Assembly: GCA_036479435.1 (NCBI GenBank)
Contig: JAZGFI010000147.1
Location: 25,866-89,865 of the forward strand
Direction of reading: 5' to 3'
Source of the DNA: Planctomycetota bacterium
GTDB lineage: Bacteria > Planctomycetota > GCA-002687715 > DRQF01
DNA length: 64,000 nucleotides
Both the position numbers and the translations under genes were made by a program. Shown here piece by piece: positions 21,290 through 29,079 of the stretch (position 1 is the first letter of the stretch; the number at the start of each line of letters is the position of its first letter). The notes below the pieces were generated by a model that saw only the letters and a program-made list of their open reading frames with translations, was not told the DNA's origin and ran no database searches.

Positions 21290-21513
21290 AGAGGGCGGAA
21301 GTCGATCTTGTTTTGGAGAACTCGGATCGAAAGAAGGTCATCGCCGTCGAGATCAAGCGAACCCTTGCGCCGAAACTTGGTCGCGGATTCACTGAAAGTG
21401 TCCAGACGATAGGCGCCACTAAGGGCTATGTCGTCATTCCCAAAGGGGAGGCCTTTCCGCTCGCAGAGTCTGTCACGGCGATGAGTTCGCCGGAGTTTCT
21501 TGGCCGGTTCTAG
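21290..21513 (+). pseudogene. C-terminal remnant of a DUF4143-type ATP-binding protein (PD-(D/E)xK-like tail)
   Basis: AEVDLVLE...IAVEIKRTLAPKLGRGF...GYVVIP matches the family C-terminus; no upstream ATPase region. Confidence 0.65.
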
Positions 21514-21556
21514 GTCTTAGGGGGCCTTGGGCCCGATCTTGCTATCTTCGGCGACC

Positions 21557-22519
21557 ATGGAAGCCCCCGCGACACCCTCAATATCGGAGCATCAAGCCGA
21601 ACTGGCTGGTGCGCCTTGGCTCTGGCCGGTGGATTATTGCCACCTGTTGGCCCATGGTGCTTCGATTGTGCTGCTGATCATGTTTCGGCACGAAGCTACG
21701 GACGTCGGTTTTTGGTGCGTTTGGAACGTGTTTGTCATTGGGCTGGTGCTGGGCGTGGCGCGGAGCTTGCGGCGGCGTTCTTTGCGGACCGGGGCGCTCA
21801 CTCGGCTGTGCATGGCCACTGTCATCATCCCGATCTATTTCACTGAACTTGGGGCGCTGGTCACCTATGTGAATCCGGCGAACTGGGAGCAGCGGCTTTT
21901 TGATTTTGATCTTTGGCTGTGCCGGGGGAATCCACTGGAGGCCATCGAGAGGGTTTCGGCGTCTTGGTTGACGGAGCTTTTGCAGTGGGTCTATGACTTT
22001 TACTACTTCATCCCGCTGTTGTTGGGCGTCGCGGTCTGGAAACAGAAGCGGACGGTGGATGTTTCGCGGATGATCTTCGCCTTGGCCCTTTGTATTTACT
22101 TGTCTTATTTGGGCTACTACTTGGTGCCGGCGACCGGGCCCAACATTGACAAGTTTGGGCTTTATGATTTTCAGGGGCCGATTCGGGGCCTTTTTTTGGC
22201 GGCGGAACTGCGGGAAACCCTGTTTGCCATCGAAAAGATCAAACACAACTGCTTTCCGAGCGGACATACTGCGGTGTCGCTGCTTTCGCTCATGCTGGCC
22301 TGGAGGTTTGCGCGGCCCGTGGTGCCGGTGCTGCTACCTTTGGTGGCAGCACTGATCTTCTCGACGCTCTATCTGCGATATCATTATGTCGCAGATGTCC
22401 TGTCGGGTATTCTGCTCGCGGTGGGCTCTTATGCCCTGGCGCTTTGGCTCCATCGCTTTTTTGAACTGAAACACTTTTCCGATCCGACTCTTTGGAGTGA
22501 GCATGGCGACCCGAACTGA
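21557..22519 (+). CDS. PAP2 superfamily membrane protein (AUR1/IPC-synthase-like)
   Basis: Multi-TM; YYLVPATGP, NCFPSGHT, STLYLRYHYVADV. Confidence 0.85.
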   Translation: MEAPATPSISEHQAELAGAPWLWPVDYCHLLAHGASIVLLIMFRHEATDVGFWCVWNVFVIGLVLGVARSLRRRSLRTGALTRLCMATVIIPIYFTELGALVTYVNPANWEQRLFDFDLWLCRGNPLEAIERVSASWLTELLQWVYDFYYFIPLLLGVAVWKQKRTVDVSRMIFALALCIYLSYLGYYLVPATGPNIDKFGLYDFQGPIRGLFLAAELRETLFAIEKIKHNCFPSGHTAVSLLSLMLAWRFARPVVPVLLPLVAALIFSTLYLRYHYVADVLSGILLAVGSYALALWLHRFFELKHFSDPTLWSEHGDPN

Positions 22520-23297
22520 GCGTGTAGAAGAGGCCCTTAACCAGTTTGAATCGCATCAAGACCTGATTTGGGCTATGGCTTTGAACGAAGCGCCGGTGCG
22601 CCGAAGCTACCTTGAAGAAGTCGCTGGACTCGATCGGCGCACTGCGGTGCGGACTTTGGCCAAGATGGCGAATGCTGGAATTCTGGCGGCCACTGAGGGC
22701 CTGGAATTCGAGATCGATCGCAAGGCCTATGTGAACGAGTTTCGCGACCGCGTCCCCGCGGAACGGGCGGTCGAGATTCACGAGCGCAGTCTTGACTGGG
22801 CCGAAGCCCAAGAGGGTATTGGGGATGAGTTTTATTTGACTCATCAACTTGGTGCCCGTCGTTATGAAGTTGTAGCGGATGCGGTGGCCGACCGCATTCG
22901 GGAACGCGCGGCGGCAGAAGAATCGCCGCGGCGGCAGGATCTGATGTTCGCCAAACGCAGCCTGTTGGGACTGATGGAAGCGCCGAAGGACAACAAGGCG
23001 CGCCTTGTCGAGCTTGGGCTTTTGACTTTGCAGTTCGGCCGTTCGGTCTTGCGACCCATGGAATGGAAGAACTTGGCGATCTCTTTACGCGAGCTAGGTC
23101 TCAACAAATCTGAAGAACAAGGCTTGGTTGGGCTTGAGGATCGAGTCAAGGCCGAAGCCAAGGATCGCCGCCGGGCCAAGGCGCAGGGCGAGACTGAAGG
23201 CGAAACTCAAGCCACAGTGGCCGAAGAAGAGAATTCTGAAAACGGCCTTGTAGAAGACGCGGCCGCCGTTGGCGACGATGCCGCGGTGGCGCCTTAG
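22503..23297 (+). CDS. Hypothetical protein with winged-helix-like N-terminus and acidic tail
   Basis: LEEVAGLDRRTAVRTLAKMANAGIL HTH-like pattern; overlaps upstream stop. Confidence 0.65.
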   Translation: MATRTERVEEALNQFESHQDLIWAMALNEAPVRRSYLEEVAGLDRRTAVRTLAKMANAGILAATEGLEFEIDRKAYVNEFRDRVPAERAVEIHERSLDWAEAQEGIGDEFYLTHQLGARRYEVVADAVADRIRERAAAEESPRRQDLMFAKRSLLGLMEAPKDNKARLVELGLLTLQFGRSVLRPMEWKNLAISLRELGLNKSEEQGLVGLEDRVKAEAKDRRRAKAQGETEGETQATVAEEENSENGLVEDAAAVGDDAAVAP

Positions 23298-23342
23298 TAG
23301 CCTCCCGAACTAAGGGAGAGAAAAAGTGACGAGGGATTGACG

Positions 23343-24851
23343 ATGTCAGCTCGTATTTTGATCATCAGCACGGTTGCCATCGGCATCTTGAGTTTTGCTG
23401 CTCCCGTTTTTGCGCAGGATTGGCTTCGGCTGCACTCCAACAAGACCATCCGCGGCGAGTGCCTCGAAGACGGTGAGAAGTCGGTGAAGATCATCGACGG
23501 CAACGCCGTCATTCATGTCGTGGACAAAGCCGACATCAAGCGACTCAAGATTCGACCGCTCAAGAAGCCCGTGGCGGCGAAACTTGCGGCGATCGACGCT
23601 AACGATCCGGCCGCGATGCTCGAAGTTGCGGAATGGGCGGCTGGCAACAAGAAGCTCGCCAAAGACTCTTTGCGCATCGCCTTACGCATCTTGGCTCTCG
23701 ATCAGTCACACGCTGCCGCTCGCGAAATGCTGGGGCACGTCCAGATCCTTGCGGTCTGGTACCGGGATTCAAAATCCGCCCAAAAGGCCCTCGCGGAAAA
23801 ACTAACCGCCGACGGCTTTGTGAAAGTCGAAGGCGGCTGGATCAAAGCCGACCAAGAAGCGCTCTACAAGGTGAACCCCGAAGCGTGGATGCTCGTTGAG
23901 AACGTCTACTGGCGTCTTATCGACGACGTCATGAAGGAACGTGGTTTTAAGAAGTTCGAAGGCGAGTGGTATGCGAAGAAAGACCACGATCTCGTCAAAC
24001 ATCTTGAATACATCAAGAGCGAGTTTGATGAGGTCCTTCACGCCGCCCGCGAAGGGTCGATCTCGGTGTTTTCTGTTCTCGGGCGAGAGTCAGCCCAAGA
24101 GCACTTAGAAAACCTCAGCAAAGCTAGGGCTTGGTTCGTGGAGACCTTTTGCGTTAGCGAAAAGTCGAAGGAGCTGCTGGTCAAACCGCATTGCCGCAAG
24201 TACATCCTGACGGATGTGTCATCGCTGGATCAGTTCGCGGGGGTCTTTGCCAAGAAATATAAGATCTCCGGAGACGCCGCGGCGTTTGCCTTAAGTGCGG
24301 GCCATCTCACTTGGGTGGGCCTGGGCCACGCAACTTCGTTGCGCCATCCTTTGTGGACGCCTTTGCTTATTTCGCAAATTGGCGGCGACATGCTCAACTA
24401 CGCCTGGAAGGGCGACATTGACGTGCCGCCGTGGCTGTGGGTGGCCTGTGCGCACTCCGCTGAATTCAACATCTTTGACCAAGCGCGGGTGCAGTACATC
24501 GGGCAAGATCCCTACGGACGCAAGACCGATCCGCCGAAACTCAAGGGCCGCAAGTTCCGTGACATCAAGTCGGATTTACGGGATCACTACCGGGCCAAAG
24601 AAGTTCCAGCTCTGCAGGTCTTGTTTATCCGCAGTTTCAACGAGTTGAACGGTCCCATGAACATCATGGGTATCGTGTTGATGCGCTACCTGCTTGAGAA
24701 ACACAAAGAGCAGCTCCTGGCGTTTATCGGGGGTAAACCCGCAGGTCCCATGAAGCAGCGCTTCAAGCACTACTTCAAGACGAGTTTTACCGCCATGGAT
24801 CACGAGTTCCGCACTTGGGTTATGGACAAAAAGACCGATCCCAAGAACTGA
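23343..24851 (+). CDS. Exported hypothetical protein
   Basis: Signal peptide ending VFA-Q; repeated GFxKxEGxW motifs; long ORF with native codon usage. Confidence 0.75.
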   Translation: MSARILIISTVAIGILSFAAPVFAQDWLRLHSNKTIRGECLEDGEKSVKIIDGNAVIHVVDKADIKRLKIRPLKKPVAAKLAAIDANDPAAMLEVAEWAAGNKKLAKDSLRIALRILALDQSHAAAREMLGHVQILAVWYRDSKSAQKALAEKLTADGFVKVEGGWIKADQEALYKVNPEAWMLVENVYWRLIDDVMKERGFKKFEGEWYAKKDHDLVKHLEYIKSEFDEVLHAAREGSISVFSVLGRESAQEHLENLSKARAWFVETFCVSEKSKELLVKPHCRKYILTDVSSLDQFAGVFAKKYKISGDAAAFALSAGHLTWVGLGHATSLRHPLWTPLLISQIGGDMLNYAWKGDIDVPPWLWVACAHSAEFNIFDQARVQYIGQDPYGRKTDPPKLKGRKFRDIKSDLRDHYRAKEVPALQVLFIRSFNELNGPMNIMGIVLMRYLLEKHKEQLLAFIGGKPAGPMKQRFKHYFKTSFTAMDHEFRTWVMDKKTDPKN

Positions 24852-25088
24852 CCTCCACGGTGGGCCGAGCCTCTTGGTTTTGCCGTGACCTTTGGCTCCA
24901 GTACGGCTATATTGTTGTCGGAGCGGGGAAGGTCGCCGGAGAACGGCTGGACCTGTCTGCGTCTGCATGGGCATAACTGTCCCTTACTCAGCCAACCAGC
25001 CCAAACCCTCTCATTGGCAACCCGCAAAACCGTCTTAGACCACCACGGCGTCCGCAGAAGCTGCGCCAAGGCATTTGAGGGTCCCTAT

Positions 25089-27032
25089 ATGTCCCGTTCA
25101 CGATTGTTCATCTTGGCCGTCGGCACTTTTGTTTTGTTGGGTTGGCTTGGCAGCGACCTATTCGCCCAAAAACGGGGTGGGGCGCGATCGGGCGGCGGCA
25201 GGTCGTCTGCAGGCCGTTCCAGCGCCGGTCGCTCCAGCGCGGGCCGTGCTTCGCGGGGACCGAGCCGCTCGAGTGTTTCACGCCGATCGGCTTCGCCGCG
25301 GTCGACTCGATCGGCTTCGCCGCGGTCGACTCGATCGGCTTCGCCGTCCAGAGGGTCACGATCAAGGTCACGAGCACGCACACCCTCACGCTCGCCTTCG
25401 CGGTCGTCGGCTCGTAGATCAAACCCGCGTTCTGCAGGAACAAGATACAACGGCGGCGGGGGATCGAACCGCTCAAACTCTCGCCAGCCCTCGCGGTCTT
25501 ACAACGGTAGTCGCAACAACGGCGGGTCGAGCGCTAGCTCAAATCGCTACGGTTCGGGCTATCGAAGTTCGTCGCGATCTAACCGCGGTTCTTCGCGCGC
25601 GACGCGCTCTTACCGCTACGGAACCAACAGCAATGGCCTGCGCCTTGCGCCGACCCGCAAGGGGGTCTCTTCGGCTCGTAATTCGTCGAGAAGTGGATCG
25701 CGATTGGCAACTCCCTCGAGATCCGGTCGCTCCTCTTCTAAGGCCAGCCTCGGGCGAGGGAAGGGCTCCGCTAACAGCGCGCGTTCCGGCGGGCGCCTTG
25801 GTAACCGTAAGAACAGCCGCGGCAGCATTCGACCGAACAAGAGTAGTCGTTCGTCGAGTGACTACCGAAATACTCTGCGCAACCGCGTCAACGGGAGTTC
25901 CAAAGGCGGAAACCTCAACAGCCTGAACCGTCGCGGCACGCGCCCTGGCGTCACCCGTAACTTAGGTTCCGCCACTAAGAGCACGCGATCGAAGAATGGC
26001 CCACGCACCTCGCCTTCCACCTACAGCCACAAGCCCGGCGCGAAGGGCAAGGGTCGCCCGAACCTGAACACCGGTGGCAACTACGTCGGCAGCAACTATG
26101 ACGGTTGTGGCTACGGTCATGACTACGACTATGATTATGGTCACAACCACCACCGCCATCATCACCATCGTTACGGCTGGGGATTCCATTTTGGTTTCGG
26201 CATCGGGCTCGGCTATTTCAGCCACTACGGCTACTACTACCGACCCTGGTACTACCCCTACTTTCGCCATTCCTATTACTACCCCTGGTACGGTTACAGC
26301 CACTACCCCTACTACTGGTCCTACAGCAACTACGCGTCGAGCCGCTACCTCGGCGACTGCGATTACATCAGCTACGCAAACGACAACTATTACGGGGACG
26401 CCTTGGGATACAACTCCGATCCCTACCTCGAAGGTAGCGGCGCGAGCCTGAGTCCCGAGGTCGTTGATGAATCGGACGAAGGCTTTTTGCCTTTCGGCAA
26501 CAACCAGGGCTTGACGCTCGCTCCCGAGGGTTCTTTGTCGCGTCCTTTGGCGACCGGGGTTCAGGTTGGGGCGAACTACTCCGAAAAACTCGGTTCGGCC
26601 AAGCGCTACATGCAAAGCGGGCAACACTTAAAGGCGGCCGAGGCTGCTCGCCTCGCCTACATCGACAAGCAAACTCCGGAAGCGTTGTTGAAAGTTGGTC
26701 TTTCGCTGCTCGCCGCCGGTGACTACCCTTTGGCGTCTTGGAGCTTTGTGCAGGGGCTGCAAGCCAACGAAAAGAACGTCTTCGACACCACGGTGTGGTT
26801 GAACGATTACGTCGGCGGCCCCGCTACTTCGCGCTCGCTGCGCGGCTTGGAGGGCTATCTCGTTGACAACCCCAACGACGAAGCATCGAGCTTGTTGTTG
26901 GGTAGCCTCTACATCATGACGGGGCGCGACTACGCCGGGCACATCGTCTTGTCGGAACTCGAACAGAAAAACTACGAGACGGAAACGATTGGGCTCTTCA
27001 TCAGTCGGGCTCGCCAAAACCTCAAGCGCTAA
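25089..27032 (+). CDS. Exported low-complexity protein (Arg/Ser/Gly-rich, His/Tyr-rich, C-terminal TPR-like)
   Basis: Signal peptide MSRSRLFIL..LFA-Q; long RS-rich tract; HHHRHHHH and YYxPWY blocks; helical C-terminus. Confidence 0.8.
   Translation: MSRSRLFILAVGTFVLLGWLGSDLFAQKRGGARSGGGRSSAGRSSAGRSSAGRASRGPSRSSVSRRSASPRSTRSASPRSTRSASPSRGSRSRSRARTPSRSPSRSSARRSNPRSAGTRYNGGGGSNRSNSRQPSRSYNGSRNNGGSSASSNRYGSGYRSSSRSNRGSSRATRSYRYGTNSNGLRLAPTRKGVSSARNSSRSGSRLATPSRSGRSSSKASLGRGKGSANSARSGGRLGNRKNSRGSIRPNKSSRSSSDYRNTLRNRVNGSSKGGNLNSLNRRGTRPGVTRNLGSATKSTRSKNGPRTSPSTYSHKPGAKGKGRPNLNTGGNYVGSNYDGCGYGHDYDYDYGHNHHRHHHHRYGWGFHFGFGIGLGYFSHYGYYYRPWYYPYFRHSYYYPWYGYSHYPYYWSYSNYASSRYLGDCDYISYANDNYYGDALGYNSDPYLEGSGASLSPEVVDESDEGFLPFGNNQGLTLAPEGSLSRPLATGVQVGANYSEKLGSAKRYMQSGQHLKAAEAARLAYIDKQTPEALLKVGLSLLAAGDYPLASWSFVQGLQANEKNVFDTTVWLNDYVGGPATSRSLRGLEGYLVDNPNDEASSLLLGSLYIMTGRDYAGHIVLSELEQKNYETETIGLFISRARQNLKR
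25284..25346 (+). repeat. 24-bp in-frame tandem repeat (RSASPRST), about 2.6 copies
   Basis: CGATCGGCTTCGCCGCGGTCGACT at 25284, 25308 and a partial copy at 25332. Confidence 0.9.
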
Positions 27033-27039
27033 CGCCATC

Positions 27040-27090
27040 GGCGTCAGTCCTCCATTCCATCCCTGCCGGGAAAGGGGGCTGATGCTTTTT
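27040..27090 (+). terminator. Intrinsic terminator
   Basis: GGCGTCAGTCCTC / GGGGGCTGATGCT stem (with G-U pairs) followed by TTTTT, just after the stop at 27032. Confidence 0.55.
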
Positions 27091-27221
27091 GGTGTCAACT
27101 CGCCTGCATCTTTATTCTCAGTTGAATTCAGGGGCGTTATCTAAAGTCGTCGATCGTGATCGCTCGATGGCTTTAAGTAGCGCTTTTTCCTTGCGGACCT
27201 GAACTTTAACGAGAAAAAACC

Positions 27222-27779
27222 ATGCCCCTAGTCGAAGCACCGCCGCAGATTGCAGCCGAGGAAATCGAGTTCACGCACGGCGATCCGCCGGTGGTGCCCA
27301 AGACGGGGCTCAGTGCTTGTTCCGAAAAGAAAGTCAAGCAGTTGTGGCAGGACAGTCGCAATATCAATGGTCTCGGAGTGCTTTGGTCATTTACCAGTTT
27401 GGTTCTGGTTGGCTTGGTTGTCTTGATGAACATCGGAATCAGCGGCGCAAGCGAAGCCCTTCCGCTGGAAGGCCTGTTGGGTGGGGCCGTGCTTGGCGCG
27501 CTTGGATTTCTACATGTGTACGGCGCGTATGTGGCTTTCGCGCGTCCGGCCAGTGGACAAACTGGAGTGATCGTGCTTTCCACGATTTCGCTAGCAAGCT
27601 TTCCGGTCGGCACGGCGGTGGGGGTCATCGGACTCATTGCTTCGACCCGCTCCAAAGAACTCTTCGGTATCGAACGCTTTCGCTCTTTTGAGATCAACAA
27701 AGAATGGAAGCAACGCAAGAAAGACGCGAAGCTGAAGAAGAAGGAATTGAAAAGGGCGAGGAAAGAAGGCCGCGCCTAA
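27222..27779 (+). CDS. Hypothetical membrane protein (3-4 TM, basic C-terminal tail)
   Basis: Hydrophobic segments, FPVGTAVG motif, Lys-rich tail. Confidence 0.7.
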   Translation: MPLVEAPPQIAAEEIEFTHGDPPVVPKTGLSACSEKKVKQLWQDSRNINGLGVLWSFTSLVLVGLVVLMNIGISGASEALPLEGLLGGAVLGALGFLHVYGAYVAFARPASGQTGVIVLSTISLASFPVGTAVGVIGLIASTRSKELFGIERFRSFEINKEWKQRKKDAKLKKKELKRARKEGRA

Positions 27780-27811
27780 AGGCCGCGCGGATCCCTTCCT
27801 CTGTTTCTGAA

Positions 27812-28444
27812 TTAGCCTTCGGCGCTGCCTTCCATCGCGCGGTTGTCGAACTTGTTGATCGAAACTATCTCTTCAAGATTGTAAAGCCCGAGTCGCGGCC
27901 AGGCGGCCTCAATTCCCTTACCCACGGTTACCAGCATGAGCGGCGGCATTTCGGCGCTGAGGCCCACGATCTCTGCGACTTGTTGGGGATCAAAGCCGAT
28001 AAGCGGGCAGGATTCGTAGCCGAGATCCTGCGCGGCCAACATCAAGTTCATGGCCGCCATGCCCACCGAGCGACAGGCTTCGTCGCGGATGAGCTCGTCT
28101 TTTCCTTCGTAAAACTGCCCAATCATGGGCGTGAACATCTCACGCACTTTCTCCGGCGCGGTACGAAGGAACTTCTTTGGCGTCTGGTGAGCTTTGAAGT
28201 TCCCGGCCACCACGATGACGACGGAGGCGTCGCCAACGTGCTCTTGGTTCCAGGAAGCCGCTTTTAACTTTGCCTTAACGGCAGCATCTGTCACGGCTAC
28301 AAATTGCCGGTTTTGCATGTTGAAAGACGTCGGTGCCAAAGCGCCCGCGGACATGAGTTTCCTCAAGTCGCCATCCGGGATCTCGAAGTTGGCGTCGAAG
28401 TGTTTGACGGCGCGACGATTCTTGATGGCTTCAATAACGTTCAT
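27812..28444 (-). CDS. Nitroreductase family protein
   Basis: AIKNRRAVKHF, LAPTSFNMQ, NLMLAAQDLGYESCPLIGFD. Confidence 0.93.
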   Translation of the reverse strand: MNVIEAIKNRRAVKHFDANFEIPDGDLRKLMSAGALAPTSFNMQNRQFVAVTDAAVKAKLKAASWNQEHVGDASVVIVVAGNFKAHQTPKKFLRTAPEKVREMFTPMIGQFYEGKDELIRDEACRSVGMAAMNLMLAAQDLGYESCPLIGFDPQQVAEIVGLSAEMPPLMLVTVGKGIEAAWPRLGLYNLEEIVSINKFDNRAMEGSAEG

Positions 28445-28524
28445 GAGAACTCCCTTGCGCCGCTTTGAGCGGCGATCGTTGTGAGTAGCCTAGTGTCTCA
28501 GAGAATTTGTCTTGGGATCTTGTT

Positions 28525-28539
28525 AAAATGTATATACAA
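28525..28539. promoter_or_regulatory. Putative MarR operator, copy 1
   Basis: AAAATGTATATACAA containing the perfect palindrome TGTATATACA (28529-28538), between the divergent nitroreductase and MarR genes. Confidence 0.7.
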
Positions 28540-28559
28540 GTAACCTTGGAGGTTCAAGA

Positions 28560-29009
28560 TTGAAAGACGCGAAAACAACTCGTTTGACGAAGCGGATAGC
28601 GACGGAGTGTATTGTCGTCCGTCTGCGTGCGCTCAACCGAGCCGTGTCGAAGATTTACGATGACGCCTTGAGACCGTTGGGTCTAAGAGTCAGCCAAATG
28701 AATATTCTGGTCGCAGCGGGTGTTGTGGGTGAGGCGCGTCCCGCGGACGTCTGCGCGGCGCTCCATCTTGACCTCTCCACGCTGAGTCGCAACGTCGAGC
28801 GGATGAAGGCCAAAGGATGGCTTGAAGTGATCCCCGACGACGATGGCCGAGCCCAGCCTTTTCGTTTGACGCGAAAAGGGTCCGCTCTGCTTAGCGATGC
28901 CGCGCCAGCCTGGAGTAAGGCACAATGCCGCGCCAAGTCAATCCTTGGGGGGCAGTCTTTGGATTTTTTGGACCGAGCCATGAAAAGGCTGAATGCCGCA
29001 TCGAGTTAG
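28560..29009 (+). CDS. MarR family transcriptional regulator
   Basis: YDDALRPLGL..SQ..IL, LDLSTLSRNVERM..KGW, RLTRKG; GGAGG RBS before TTG. Confidence 0.93.
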   Translation: MKDAKTTRLTKRIATECIVVRLRALNRAVSKIYDDALRPLGLRVSQMNILVAAGVVGEARPADVCAALHLDLSTLSRNVERMKAKGWLEVIPDDDGRAQPFRLTRKGSALLSDAAPAWSKAQCRAKSILGGQSLDFLDRAMKRLNAASS

Positions 29010-29044
29010 GAACCTGGCGTCGGTCGGTCTTTTTTTTGACCATA

Positions 29045-29059
29045 AAAATGTATATACAA
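29045..29059. promoter_or_regulatory. Putative MarR operator, copy 2
   Basis: Identical AAAATGTATATACAA just upstream of the 29080 start. Confidence 0.7.
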
Positions 29060-29079
29060 ATAAATGAAAGAGGTCGCTC

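Noticed and set aside
27766..27789. AAGGCCGCGC direct repeat as a target-site duplication
   Set aside because: The copies are only 3 nt apart with no element between them.
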